Positions 46,601 to 61,400 of a stretch of 64,000 nucleotides of DNA are shown piece after piece (position 1 is the stretch's first letter; every line of letters begins with the position of its first letter). Below the pieces are notes generated by a model. That model was not told the origin of the DNA, made no database searches, and worked only from the letters and a program-made list of their open reading frames with translations. The stretch is from Balanoglossus misakiensis. Taxonomy: Eukaryota; Animalia; Hemichordata. Where the stretch lies: NCBI GenBank assembly GCA_040954595.2, contig CM082580.2:7418390-7482389 (forward strand), in the 5' to 3' direction. Made by a program: the position numbers and the translations under genes.

Positions 46601-49600
46601 GACAATCGACGGCGGAGGTCGTGTGCATCGCGAGGAAGTTGCAAGATTTGCTCAAGAGTTCAGGCCGACGGGGGTCTCAAAGGAATAATCCTTGAAACGC
46701 TAAAAGGCTAGAGTATATCTTGCGAGTCTTTATTCCATATTTTAATGAATACTCTTTTTGCGTGTATGACATCCTAAGCACCGGCGCTTTAACGATAGCG
46801 CAAAATGCCCGGTTATACAGGCTGGGCTGACGACTCGTTATGTCGACGTGGGATGTTCGTTAAGGGTCGGCCCGACAAAGCGAGCTTTTTGCTTCTTTTG
46901 CTTAAAGGTACGGGCGTGACGATTCAATCGTTGCAGTGAAGTGAAGCCATTAGGAGCGATTTGGGGGCATCGTTGTTAACCCGCATTTGCAAGCTGGTTC
47001 TCGCGAGTTTTTTTGTGTGCTGCAGCTGCAGTCGTCTGCGCACATCTCTAATATTTCGCGTCGCGTGAACGTCACACTATTTTGCAATTTGACGACACAA
47101 TTCTCGGATTGTGTCTGGGTATGCACAGATACCTTGGATAAAATTCACCCATCGGTACGTTTTGTGGATGGACCCCCCCTCCCCCAACAAGGGTTACCAC
47201 GACGTATACATCACGAGAACGATAAATAAATGAGCCCGCGTGAGTGTGCAAAATACAGATCGCTTCTTTGCGATGTTGCTGGCAGCAACTGTCATCACAC
47301 ACGTACTGTTGTAGATATAGCGGGCAGACATAAATGCGTCGGGGGAAAGCTGGGCCATTAGTGATAGCGTCGGGGCCCCCGACGCTGTTTGGGCCTGGGG
47401 AGAGCTGTATATTTACAAATCAGACAAGAGTAGTCATCAAAACTCTTAGTATACTCAATACTTATAGTATGTTTTAGGAATGCACAATAACCCGTAATGC
47501 ATTGGGTTTAAAATGTTTCTTCCAGCGAAGAGAGCGAGAAGGGACTTGAAAACGTATGCCCCTTGAATCTTCGGAACAATAATAAATAGAAAACATACAT
47601 GTGTAAAAGAAAGTTGTATCTAAAAACCGTCTAGTTTGCATTAGTCACATGCACTTCTCTTCGTAATGTTTATTCCGTAAACGCATCTATCGCACGTTTT
47701 TAACACATTTCCCAGGTTTTAGACTCGGTTGGTCTAAATTGCCTGGGGGCGGTGAAGAAGGACCGTGTGTGTATCTTGTTGCAAGGTGCGGGCGTCCTTT
47801 GATCTGCACAGCACATAGGTTAATGGTAAAACTTAGCGTTTGTATAAACATTGATGTGCAAACACACGGAAAACGTTCCCACCACTGTTGCACCGATTAA
47901 CATGTCAAACGTGTGTTTATGTTCTTGCCCTCCAGACAAACATTCGAGGTTTTTAACACCGAGACCCCTGTATGAGTCGAAATGATGTCTGTGGAGAACG
48001 AGCTTCTCAGAATTACACATGCACAACACAGGCATGTCTAAAATGACGTCCAACTATTGTCTCACCAAGAACATCGGTTACATGTATCTTTATTTGTACG
48101 TATGCGATGCTGATCCCTGTAATCGTAATGTAAAGCCCGATAAAATCAAGTGTGGACGCGCTGAACGCGCGTTGCCACTGCAGTGATTATCAATGTACCT
48201 ACATGTAAAAGGAAGGCTGATGATATAAATTACATCCCTACTAGGCCTAGCACAGCCCATACGAAACAACAGCCTACGTTTCGGATGCGGCGCTCTTAAT
48301 TTGTGTGGGCTGGCAATGAGCGCTGCACTGGATGCCTTCCAACTACATAACCCCCCCCCCCCCCAAACGTTCATGAACTATAGTAGTTCGAACAAATAAA
48401 AAGTATTGGCCTGTGGTGCGTGCCTGTGTTGCTGATCAGGACAGCATCGATAGACCAGCAAAGAATGTCTTGAAACATGGCTATAACTCTGGCATAATAG
48501 GCCTACTGACCAATTGTAGAAACAAAATCCAATTGAAATTAAGCCCATCCTCGAAAGCGTGTTTTTCCGACGAGAATATCTCGAAATTTTTCGCGTAGAA
48601 GCGTTCTAATCGTTATTTCTAAATACTGGGGCCAGTATTTTGTCAGCGAAATCGCATTTCGTTCATTGCCGCTCCAACCAAAATTACAACAGATAGTACG
48701 CTCAATTATGCTCAGCCTGTTGAAATATTAACATTCGACGGAGCCGGTGGTCCAGTCAGCGATCACGTGAAACACAGCTATTATTAGAAAAAGAGACTCG
48801 ACTCGTCGCGGTGATATATAGGCCTAAATCGGCAAATGGCGTGCCGATTTGCGTTTACTCAAATGAAACTGAGTATCTAGCGAACCCCGTCATATTAAAA
48901 TATAATATTACGGAGAGCTGTTCTCTGTGTTCCAATTACTAGCATGGCTCTAGTGATTCCTGTTTCTCCCCTGCCCTGTTAACGGGGAATTCAGTCGACA
49001 ACACACCGTGCACACACAGCACGATGTAATCGACTGGACGACGATCGTGCCAATAATCTGATGCTTCTTACAATCGAAGGATCAAGGTTGCAGACTTTCG
49101 TTTCAACCGAGCAAGGGAAACTTTCGCTTCGAGTGCAAATAGAAATCCTGTTAATTCTACTAGAAGTTCATTTCCAATGACTGTAGAGCGTTACAGTATT
49201 AGTTACAACACCTGAATTTCGTTGACTTGAATTCGGAAATGGCCGTAATTACGCGTTCGAGACTAGTCTGTGTTTTCCTGCCTACATTCGCGAGCTCCGT
49301 TTCGACTTGAGCGTGATAGGTGATAGCCTATGACCGCTCTGATCAGAATTACACGAATTGTGTTGATTAATATTATTAGGTTAAACAGGATATTCCTCCG
49401 AGTCCACGAACGCTTACGACAGCAACTGATGCTATATGTATGTCTCTGCTCGCGGCAATGGAATACAAGGTCTTGTGCAACATAATATTTAGTCGTATCG
49501 CCAATTATAAAATGTCACAATTAAAATGACATCGAATTATATCAGTCATCAGCGCTGGCCATTTGAGTTTGGATTTTCATTGTTCGACAGAGAATGATAA

Positions 49601-49867
49601 TTTGATTGTAGCGTAGAAATCTTTGCACCGACCGCGGCACATACAGCATCAAAGGACGCATCGATTGCTGCGCGTTCTCTTAATCATGCACGCGAAATGT
49701 TAGAATTAAGTAAAAATGTAGCAGAACCTTTTCTCTTGACGCAACAGAAATCTTGCCGATTCAGGGAGTTATGATAAATCGTTTCGCACACTTAGTGAAA
49801 AACACGGGAAGGCCCCGTAACCGCCGAAAACTTATGTTTCGTTCTAGTGGTAAACTGACCGTGAACG

Positions 49868-50810
49868 TTGGTTGTATTACCGTCCTGGTGACGTTATGAA
49901 CTGTAAATTCTGCCAGAAATTCAATAAACGATCGTATAAAACAAGACGTCGTGCAAGTGACTGAGACAAGACACCATCAAAGTGCGCAGGCAGAGAGTGC
50001 AGCACATCAAGACGCTATGAAACGTGAACTGGTAGGCCCTAGACCTTAACAAGCAGAATATTGCCGAGTTTCATTGCCGAAGTAGTACAGACAGACACGA
50101 TCTCACCGGCTTTCAGAGACTTTTATTTTTTAATAGCCAACAAGCGAATAATTCCCCATACCACGAATTTTGAGCCAGTGAATTACCGGTACTGACGCAA
50201 CTCGGTTTATCAATGAAAGACAGTTTCCCGGAGAACCGGAGTCTGGGGGCCGTAGTCGGTTCTCGGGAACCTGTGTGAACGAGTATTGCGGCGACAAGTC
50301 GATAAAAAATCTATGAATCCTGACATCGGTCCTCGAGAATAAATCGATTAAAGAAATGTAGACTTGAATTTGTACTCAATAAATAAGGCTGTCACGGTAG
50401 ACGAAACTACTGATGTCAACATAAGCGAGCAGTTGACTCGAACTGTAGACATTTACATGTAGATGAGTCCGGTAATTTATTATCAGTGAATTCAAAGTTC
50501 TTGAAACTCAATGAATCACTGAAACGTACCCGATACTGACAATGAACAGAGCGCGACACTTGGGGCGAAAACATAGCTCGGCATGTGTTACGAAGTCTTT
50601 AGAAGAGAAAAAATCAGATTTGGCCTAGTTGGTATCGGCACCGATGAGTTATGACAGGCAAGAAATCTATCGTGGTTCGGCGCTTAAAATATTCAGCGAA
50701 GTCATAAGTCCAAACCGACTTCAACTGACATTATTGCCCGCGATGTAGCTCCCACGAAGCGGCTTACTTCGATGTTGCGGCAGTTTTATGACTTCTACAG
50801 CGCTGTGCCG
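49868..50810 (+). pseudogene. Decayed hAT transposase (ZNF862-like)
   Basis: Frameshifted fragments WLYYRPGDVMNCKFCQKF (Zn finger), IPHTTNFEP, VTVDETTDVNISEQL (first catalytic D motif), LVGIGTD..MTGKKS, in the expected order. Confidence 0.75.
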
Positions 50811-52444
50811 CACTACACGCAATTCAGATAAAACTGCGTGTCTGAGAAACTGCACGCCTCTCTATACTATTTCTCTTAGATCACTGCCTAAGTTTCCAAA
50901 GACGTGCGTTCGTCCCTGCGCGTTTTTCATCATTTCAAATAATATACTCCAAACTGAAGCGACAAGTATGGTTTCTCTTCTTATTTCTGATCACATCAGT
51001 ATAAAAGACCAGAAACATTGAATCTCAAACAGTTTTCATGTTTTCGTTTACGGCCTAACGGTAACCACCACCCCCACGACCGCTTCCGCGGACAGACTCT
51101 CCCACAACCCTGCGTATAGTTATAGGCGGCGAGAGGGGATGTGAGAGAGTCTGATACTTCCATGTAACTTGTATGTACACCCTCTCAAAATCTTGAAGGG
51201 GCACGGACTGGGGAGAGACTTACGTCTCACCCAGAAATTGTTATTGAGTGAATGCGAATGTAATTGAAGAGCTGCCAGAGTCAAATTCTGACCTCTTGCT
51301 ACCGGTGTTTGAACACGAAATTGTAACCCATGTTGCGCTGTACATCTGAATGTAAAAGCACCCTGCAGCATATAATTGACTGCCAAAATTTCTTTAATAT
51401 CCAGTCGAGAAGTAGATGCTCTCCGAACCGAACTCAGACTGTAGTCGAGCTAATGACATGTGCTAGCGAACAGTGCCGGCCGCACCGTCTTCTCAATTAT
51501 GCCCTACATGACAGCAACTGGATTGCGAATCTACTGACTGCACTACGCGCAATTTGTTCACACTGCACGGGCGAAATCGACAATTTAACTCATTTTATGC
51601 AATCATTATACACCCCTTGTTTGGCGCTATCGATGTGTGTGATCAGTTCAATTTTAGTTCTGTAAATGCGATATTAGCTTAGTAGTGATACAACTGCCAA
51701 CCACATCATAAAACGCGGTTTTAACCAGCATGTCTGACACGGCCTTCAATCTTTATGATTTTCCATTGTGTACTCAAGATTCCCAAGCAGTGAATGACTT
51801 CCATTGATATGCTAATTAGAGTCTTTGCACAAAGACAATGAATCAGATCAGAGTGAAGGTCAAAGTTTGCTGCTTGTATTTGAATCTTGAAAACTCCTTG
51901 GAAAATCGCCTGAATTACGCTCGTTTTGTTTCCCTTTGCCGTTTAAACGTCCTCCCTATTAAAGATTGGTCGCAGTATTAAAATGACCCAATTTCGTTAT
52001 GATATATGGATCACAGCTACTGGTGGGGAAACCAGCAGAGCACCACCCCCATAGCTGCGTTACACAGCCAGGTCAAATAATGATAGATTATTAACACATT
52101 GTTGTTTTCCAATAAACTGTTCAGTCTGTGGGCAGAATCATTTTGTCCCCTGGGGCTGAGGCCTTTACCATGCATAGCAGAAAAAGCTTATGTCTGCTTT
52201 GTTTCATGAAACTGTATACATGTACTTCTTAATTTGACCCTTAAGCAAAACACACACACATACACACTAGTTTATGTGGGTAACAAAGTTACTGGAGACA
52301 AGTAATTCATTCATGAAAGTAATAAATTTATTTCAGATATGAATATTCAAGTAAAATGTACAACTATGAAAAATATACAAGATGCATCATACTTAACACT
52401 GAAAATTACAGGGGAGCATGACATAGGTTTCTTTCTCTCTTATA

Positions 52445-55400
52445 TTAATATGCAACAACTCTGCGGTTGATTGCACTGACAACTTGGCTATTATCTTTCA
52501 AATCAGTACAGGCAAAGCGGCAAGAAATACGATGTATTGGCAAAAAGCTACACTTCCCATATGGTTCAAATGTCTTCTGTTGCCAGACTTCAACACAATT
52601 ACCAAATTTGTCCTTGTTTTCATGTGGCTTATACCATCTTACCATTGCAAAGTTGTGTACAAGTCTCTTGCCATCTATCTCAACAGAGTGACTAAAATAC
52701 CAATCAACCTGACAAGGTCGAAGATTACATGGAGAAATATCAAAGTCCCCAGTGTTACCTGCCCATTTAGCCATAACTCTTGCACTTCTTAACATTCTGC
52801 ATGCCATTTTAGACCCAAATCTCTCTCCAAAGATATATACATATGCATATTTTTTTACAAGTTTACTAATACAGCTTGCAACTTTATTTGGATACATATA
52901 CTCGTATACAGCTTTAATTAGGTTTGTATCCTCAACAGAAAGGGCTCCTTCAACATACGCATTTGGGACATATACAGATTCATTACATCCCCAGTTAATG
53001 TTTTCCATTAATTTTGCATCAGGAGCACTCAGAAGAAAGAAATTGCTCGCCTTGCATACATCTTGTTTTGATCCTGGTCTTTCAATCAGATTTGAGAATA
53101 TCCCAGAAAGACCATTCTTCATTTCTTTGTTTTGTACAAACCTCAGTACTGTAATTTTCCTCATAAACTGTATTTCTACTGACCTGTTATTAGTGGGAAT
53201 ATCCCCAAAATACCCATTATATCTCTCAAAAGGGAAGCACCAAAATGCACTAATGGGTCCATAGTCAAATAAACACTCTCTCAGATGACACACAAGGTGC
53301 ATGTTTGGAGTAATCATTTTCTTACTATACAGCGTCTCACACTTAATGCAAAAGTTCAATAACAAGATGTCAGCTTTTCTGATATCAGCTTCACACAGGT
53401 ATGGCTTGCATAATATTTTACAGGCTAAAACAAACCGTTCCCAACATAATAAGTGATTCTCAGGAATAAGCCCATTCAAGCAGTACATGGAAAAAACAGT
53501 AATCCAATACTTCCATTCATCAGCAGAAAATTTCCCATAATTTGAAGCAATTTTATTGGGTATCCTACCAATGTCACATGCTACTGTCATGGACTGTATT
53601 CTATTTTGAAGAACACTAAGTTTTTTGGGTGATAAGAACATATCTAGATATACCTTGAACATCTTTTTACCAATCCCAAGAAATAAGTTATGCATTGGAT
53701 CAATTGAAATCATCTTAACACAATCAAAGTATGGTAGCTCAACAAGAACAGAGTAATATGTCCCATACTTCTGAGAAAGCCTGTTAGATTCTTTGACAGT
53801 TTTACAATTATTTACATCATGGGCATATTTATTATGCTTTGCCTTTGTTCTCTTTGGCCAGTTATCCCTGTCAAAGCCAGAGTAGTCCTTCTTTTCTCCA
53901 AAGCCACCAGGAAATACTTTATAACACTTTGAACAACCAACACTGGCTGCATGAGACTTGAAACCACCTATTTTTCTGGCAGCAGGTATATCTGACACAA
54001 CAGAAAGTAGAGCTGCTCTTACTTTGACAGGGACACTTGATGAACTGGTTCCTAAATTCAAACCTTTCCAAAGTTTCTGTAATTCACTGACAAAAGGCTG
54101 GAGAAAAGAATTCAAACTGAATGGTTCTTTATCAAGAGGAGGTAGGATTCCAGCAACTATAACGTTTTCAAACTTAAAGCGGATTACCCGTGGCATATTT
54201 AGTATCACAAAATATATCACACCAACAGAGTAATCATTTCTGTTTTTGAAGGGTTGAAACCAATCAACATTCATTGATAATGCTAAATTCCATTCTTTTG
54301 CTAGAAAATCTTCACCATCATAAGTTTGAAATTCTTTCCATATGTTGCCATCATAAATATCTGTATATATTTTGTTACCTTCACAGTCTGTTTGTTCTGT
54401 ATGTTTCTCTCTCCATTCTTCTAGTTTAGCAGGTATGTCTGCACGAAGCAAGATACTTTCTATTGAGTCAATAAGACTGACATATGAGAACACTTTCATT
54501 GGATAGAATCTAACAGTCCCATTTAAAATCACATGCTTTGCAAGTGGCTGTCCACACTTTACTTGTTTCCCATTCTTAAATCTCTTCTTGTCACAACATT
54601 TGGCAAAGAATCTGCCATTCTGTCTAACAGCAAGGTTATCAATATCATGCAATGTAGCACATCTAGGATTTGGACAAACAGCTTTCTTAAGGAAATCATC
54701 CCTGTCAAGGTTCACACACTGACGAAGCATATACAGAGATGCTGGTAAACACACAGCAAGTTCAGTTATATATTCATTATGCACAGTTACCCCAATGATG
54801 TTAAAAACAGTTGACAGAAACTGTAAAAGCCATGACAAACAATTATCACTGACATGACAGCTGGCTTGCCAATACAACAGAAAATAAAGAATCCATGAAA
54901 CCAACTCATTTACTTTAGCTATTTTGGACCTGTGTCTTTGAACCAATAAAGGTTGACCCAAATCTTGTAGAAATTCTTCTTCGTTTTCCTCTTCCCAAAT
55001 TACCCCACCATCATCGTCTTCACTATCACTAGATGAAATTGCAGCTTCCTGGACTTGACTTGCCCTACCACTTATACCATCTTCAGTATCGCTGAACGCT
55101 GACTCCTCTCCTGAGATGTCACTATCAGAGCCAGACCACTATGAAAAAGGGAAAGATATATAATAGATTTAATTTTAATCACCAAGTTTACAATGTCATC
55201 ATGGTTTGGCAGATTTAATTTTAATCACCAAGTTTACAATGTCATCATGGTTTGGCATAGACAACCAACCAGTCAGATATTCTTACAAAGTCAAAGAGAC
55301 ATTTTTCAATGTGGCTTGATATACCAAATAAAATCTTGTAAGTTGCTTCAAATTGCCAGGTAAAATATGTCATTGTTAAACAATACTATTTTGCCTTATG

Positions 55401-56815
55401 GCATTCTCTTTGTAATACTGTAAAAACGGGAAATTTTCCGGCGATATCAAGAGACAACTGTTATGTTCTCATAATTCACTGCATGATTATCTCAGAAAAA
55501 CATTTTACACGACAGTTTGTTGTCGCGTTTATTTTGACTGTTGCGTAGTTTGCAAAAATGTATCATTCGTAAAAAATTCCTGTTTTAAAGTATGTAATGT
55601 CTTGCTTGCCACCAAACCAGTAACAGTACCATAACACCAACTGTGTTGACAGTGTACATAGTCTAAATTCATGGGATGGATTGAGTAATTACCTGCAAAT
55701 CCCAGTCCGAGTCATCCTTATTCAACAACCCTCCGTCTTCAGTGACATTCTCACTTGATGCAGTGGATATATTAGGAGTACTGGCCTGTGCCTTCTTTAT
55801 CAGATGACACCTAAAAGCTGATTCCAAAGGAGAGCCTGGTGACATCATAAAAGGTTCAGCATCTGGGATACCACATCCTGGAAAGAACAAACACGTACAT
55901 GTTGTTGTTACACAACACATTTCAGAAATGAAAAAACATCACAAAATAACCAGAGCATGACACTAACAATATTTTTTTAAATAGTTGATAAGAAAACTAG
56001 ATGCCAGCAAGAATTCTGCTTGGACCAGTTCAACTCCAACACACATATGGTCACACCGATAGATGCAAGCGAACTATACACTTTACAGTGACCCCCCCCC
56101 CCCCCCGAAGAGGGTGTACACTATATTTGCATGTTTTTGAAATCACACTAAAACAAAAAAACTACACAGCAACATATTCTACATCTACGCACCATGTGAC
56201 AAAATGGTGCTGGCATACAATGTTAGGAGACCACTGGCAGAAAAAGTAGGCAACTGAAATTGGGCAATGTCAGAACTAAATAAATGTTGCAGTTAAATTA
56301 CCATTATCATCAGAGCTTTCAGTATCCAGTGGGTTCTTTGTATGAATCATTGTAATTTTCCGTCTGGATTTTGATGATCTTTTTTCATGTATATGTACCT
56401 CCCAGGAACAGGATTGATAATTGAAATATGTTCTTTTATGTCTCAAAAAGTTTCTTGTACTGAAGGTCTCATGACACACTGGACACACACGACCTCTCTT
56501 TGGTGTTTGAAAATCCTATAAAAAAAGAAAAGTTGTCATTAATTTTTCAAAACATTTTGCAAATTGGACTTGATACCAATTTCTTTACAATCACAGCCAT
56601 AAATTTTCAAACTTTGTAGAACCAAATTGATAACTGGACTTCTTGGAAAATCACTACCTACGCATGAAACCCTATTTTGCATCGCTTCTGGTTTTACAAT
56701 GAAATTTGGCAAGTATGCATAAATTCTATCTTTCAAGCACCGTATAGCAACATTTATTATATGCTTTGAACTATATTGTGTAACAACGATACATATAAGC
56801 ATTGAAACTTACCAT
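52445..56815 (-). CDS. EnSpm/CACTA transposase (Transposase_21/TnpD-like), apparently intact
   Basis: Exons 56815-56813 (ATG), 56515-56302 (CPVC..H Zn-finger-like), 55877-55693, 55138-52445, phases compatible. Motifs: DIYDG, LSMNVDWFQPF, DIPAARK, CSKC, DPMHNLFLG, PNMHLVCHL, YGPISAFWCFPFERYNG. Confidence 0.9.
55165..55256. repeat. Perfect 46-bp tandem duplication in a transposase intron
   Basis: AGATTTAATTTTAATCACCAAGTTTACAATGTCATCATGGTTTGGC x2. Confidence 0.95.
55416..55592. mobile_element. TA-flanked mariner-like MITE
   Basis: TACTGTAAAAACGGGAAATTTT ... AAAAATTCCTGTTTTAAAGTA imperfect TIR; similar left ends at ~7991 and ~58806. Confidence 0.55.
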
Positions 56816-57528
56816 TTCATGAATGTCTTGGGAGTAAATCACTCAAGGGTGAATATGAGGCATTCAAAAGCAAACATAAAGCTACTGTCAAAATCCAAGT
56901 GCAGGTGACAGATACAGGAAACTGGTTTGCTGTAATATTGCAGTTGCTGTTGAAACAGAAGTAATAAAAACGTTAATGTTAAAAGTCATTGTACATTTAA
57001 TTTCAGTATGCGACCAACTGGTATGATATTCAACTGAATTATCAAAACACAACTTCAGAAAATGTTAGACATGTTCTACTTATTGTTGCCAACTCTTTCT
57101 AATTATCATGATCCTCATGTAAAATTTGAAGAGGAAAATTGCTTGGTTGACACATATTTGAGACCACAATATCCACGTGCTAGTATATATATTGCTTTCC
57201 TGTAAAGCTACATCAGCAAGTACAAGTAAAAGCAGCTGAGCATTCTGCCATTGCTACTCCAGTCTGACTCAACCATGCAGCATTGTCTCTCGTATGCACA
57301 TAGTTTACACACCCTAACACGTTGATCATTCCAGAGTACATATACACTGTATCTACATTTAGACTCTATCTTTGGACATATATACTTACTAGCTGCCTTA
57401 AATTATATTATAATTAATCATGTGTGTCATACAAGCCTCACACATGACCGAGGCTATCAAAATCATGCTTAGTTGGAACTCGAAACCCCGACTGATGCAA
57501 CCGCAGTATATAGTAGAAAGGTTTGTAA

Positions 57529-57751
57529 GGGGTAGACCATTTGATTCATGGGAGCTGGAGGAATTATTTCCCAAATGGTGACTGTTGAGCATTTAATTTT
57601 TTGGTATTGTTCAACCAGGTTTTTCAAAGCTTTGTCGGAATCATACTTGTTTGTTTTTTACTTAGCCCGCACGAACATTTTTTTTCCCGGCTAAAAAAAA
57701 AAAACTTTCGACAATTTTGTCTTCACCCTCTGAAATCAAGTGGTCCACCCC
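57529..57751. mobile_element. PIF/Harbinger-type MITE
   Basis: TAA|GGGGTAGACCATTTGATT ... AATCAAGTGGTCCACCCC|TAA; 16/18 TIR match and TAA duplication. Confidence 0.8.
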
Positions 57752-58073
57752 TAACGAAGCGGAAAGGGCAGAATGCGATTGTTAAACATATGTTCGGATG
57801 GCGATTTTGCCACTTACTATCAATAAATATTTACCGACAACCACCTAATCAAAGCTTTGCGATATCTAGTCTTTGATCCGCGGCAAGAACTTATCAAATT
57901 TAAAGCTAAAAGGTAAACGGACAGGGGTTTAGTTTTGTTTTACATCGGCTACATCAGTCGCGGCTCCGCGTGCGTCTCACGCGATCGTACGCCTACTGCG
58001 CCCGGCCCGGGTCCAAAGATAATGATGCCCACTCCTCCAGACAAATATCAACAATTTAACAAGGATACGTACC

Positions 58074-58436
58074 TTGAGCCACGTTTGCGTTTCGATCATT
58101 GGACTCAGGAGTGAGAAACCTCGAAGCACAGTCAGTGAAGCACAGTATGATGTTCGTAGCGTCTTTCAGAAGCGTCCTGTAGCGTCTGATCGACGCATGT
58201 TGACATTAAAAACACCGGATGTTTATCAAGTTTATTGTACAGGCACGGAATCCTTGAGACACGTGATTGTGAATTTAACGTTGATTGGTTATTAGTTCGG
58301 GGATATTCTTACAACCAATCAAAGTTGCTGCCTTTGACTTTTGCGGGAATTTTGAAAAGTCAACCTTTCCTCAGCAGTATAAATACCATGTCGTTTATTA
58401 CAACAAACTCAGAAGTTCTTTGCATCGTCTTCAACT
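58074..58436. promoter_or_regulatory. Probable bidirectional promoter of the transposon genes
   Basis: CpG-rich; inverted CCAAT pair TTGATTGGTT (58281-90) / AACCAATCAA (58313-22); minus-strand donor AG|GTACGT at ~58073; plus-strand ATG at 58437. Confidence 0.55.
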
Positions 58437-61400
58437 ATGAATGAAAATACGTTTTGTGGTTGCTCCGCGGCTCAACAAGTACCGGCAATGCAGATGTCCC
58501 TAAAGGTAATAGAAGAAAAACTCTCAGCGCTTCACGCAACATCAGCAGCCCGCAGAAAATCCAAGATACATGTTAGCAACATCGTGTCTGTGAGTATGAT
58601 TCTTTCTTTTTAAATACAACTCTCGCACCATAGTTAATCGTCCGTTGTTTAACATTAATGCAATGGGACACACGGGCAACCTGAAGTTGTCCTACGGGGC
58701 CATAAGCCGATCGGAGCAGACCTCGGTATTAGCATGGAGGTCTGTGGTTGTAGCTTTATGGTGGGTCTCAATGGAAGGTGATCAGTACGTGGTATAATAA
58801 TAAGGTACTGTAAAACAGGTTATTTTCGTGACAGGAAATTTTTGGCTCTCGCGTATTTCGCGACCGATCACGAAGCGATCTTTTCGCGTGCCTGTGTGTG
58901 TAGGTCTTTACCGAGACACGCACCTGCTATTTCCAGCTACGGACCGGGGGACTGAAGCTTCGCAAGCACATAAAGCGTGACGCTTGTTGGTACGCATAAT
59001 TAAGCTTCCTGAGGTCGTCAAATAGGGGTAGCCTGACACGGCCGTCGCGTACATTTCTTTTTAACATCGCGTACATTTTGCGACTCGGTGTGGAAGGGCT
59101 CTTATGTTTGAAAGATTTTAGGAGAACTTATAAATTGAACACTGAAATACTCAGTCGTCACCTGATAAATGTCAGAGGTCAATACTAGTATCACAGTTTG
59201 AATTTGCATATGTCATTAATGCTACACATTCCTGACAAAGCTACCAAACAATAGCATTACAATAGCATTGTTTAACAATCTGTGCGTCAGTGTCTCTTGT
59301 TGTGACCATTGGTTATAATGGGGTACAAGCTTTAATTATATGGTGGTCACACAGGGAATAAATATGTGTGAATGAAATGCTTCAGATTTGAGACGCTTTT
59401 TTCAGGCCAGACCTGAGCTTGTGTAACTAAGGATTAACACCTCCAACCTATCTGTTTGGGGCCAGGTGTCAGGTGGACACATACAATGTCAGGTGTTTAA
59501 TTTTACCCAGTGTGACACTTGGGCTACTTTTTCAGTATTTTTGTGGTTAATTTCTAAAATATGCATAACATTTTGACCTTTTTGTGCGGAACCACATGTT
59601 GCATAAATGCTTGTTTTAGTAACCTTTACAATGCAAATTTTGATAGTGGCCAGTGCTGTGCAAAAGATACATTTCAAGAAATATGCACTTAGGCCTATCT
59701 ATGCCTAGCCTGGTCACCATACCCAGCGTGTTTTCGATGTGTGTGAGTCTATCTACAACACACTGGGTATGGTGACCAGGCTAATCTATGCCATAAATGT
59801 TGATTGATAGGGTGATTGAAGCAAACAAATGAACTGTCAGAATGTTTTAAATAAAAATGATTTACAATTTTACTAACATAGTACTTTATATTTTCACCCC
59901 AGAGAACAGTCCGTGCAAAGTACAACTTACTGAGGCAGAGGGATGACTTTCCTGGTCTTAATGTCACTGAGAGGTATTTACATTTCTTCTCTATTTTTAA
60001 TGTTGTGAAGTACAGGTGGACCTTTTGTATAGGGATAAACTGTGTTTACGCCATCTTGAAAATTTGCAGTGCATTATGGGTCACTTGAGTTCCGGTTGAG
60101 GGGGAGTAGCGCCTACAACCTATCCATTTTTTCCTGCGGTTTGGTCAGATTTTCTTCAAGTAACTACTACTACTAACGTTACTTGTAGAAAATCTGACTA
60201 AACCGCTGGAAAATTGGATAGGTAAGGTTGTAGACGCTACTCCCCCTCAACCGGAACTCAATTGACCCATAATGCACTGCAAATTTTCAAGATGGCGTAA
60301 ACACAGTTTATCCCTACATGTATGTTATTCAAGTTTTCAGTTGTAAAGGTCTTCATCAATTTAAAGATATACATTCCAAGTTGTAAGAATGAAATTTCTC
60401 ACGGTCCAAAATTGCCTTCCCATTCAGCGTGAATTTGATAACTTATACGTGTAATGCCATTCTTTCTATTCACAACTACACAATGATATGTTAGTAATAA
60501 AATGTTCCTGTTAAATTAAATTGATCATTTTTCCATCACAGAAGCCAGTGGATTATGTTTTTATCTTTGAATTGTGCTGATGACTTTGCATGCCCCATAC
60601 AATAGTTTTTTTGACACAAGAATTAAGTTTACTTATTTAAGATACAATAAATCTGTATAATTATACCTGCATCCGTCAGGGGGCTGAAATGACACAACAC
60701 TATATAGTGATAGGACACTGAAACTTGGGTTTAGGGGCCACATTGATGTGGGTCATTGAAAAGAGAGGCCGCATCGACCAAGGCTGGAACATGTTGGGGC
60801 CAGAATTCTAGAAGCCACATACTTCATCTGTTTAGCCTAGGATAACTTGACAAAAAATAATTAAATGGTTCATGAAATTTCTCTCTTTTTTATAGATTTG
60901 ATGCTGTGGAGAACCAGCAATCATGTGAAATCTTGCTGCAGGAGTTAAGATGTGATGACATCAACACACTCGAGGCCAAAGGTAAATGGATTTTGATTAT
61001 GATATAACATTAAATATCTGATACTTTTAATTAATATTGCAAAATCACAACCCTTTGCGTTGGATCATGGAGGCACTCTTAGTACCGCCATGGTTGGATC
61101 AAAGGAAAGTCCTCTACTTACTTGAGCTGGACATATTTACTTATAATATGCTCACATTCCTTCTAAAGTTGAAGCTTTAAGGAGATGCTAACATGACACA
61201 TACAAAAGTAAAAACAACTTAGGCTGCTTGCTAATTTTCTGTTAATTCCTATTACAGAAGCAATCAGAACATTTTTTCGGGGGCAAAAGAACAAACATCG
61301 GTTGAACAGCCAAGGAAAGACAGAGGCCCACAAACAAACATGCCGTCGACAGGGGCGTAAAAGAGAGGTGAGTAGCTTCAAATTTATGTCTAATACTGTT

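Noticed and set aside
47365-47388. 10-bp GC palindrome AGCGTCGGGG-C-CCCCGACGCT
   Set aside because: Isolated and too short to assign a function
38000-49800. Numerous 60-160 aa ORFs on both strands
   Set aside because: No recognisable domains or coherent splice structure; expected by chance
52012-52050. GC-rich hairpin as a Helitron 3' end
   Set aside because: No CTRR terminus or Rep/helicase ORF; better explained as a CMC terminus candidate
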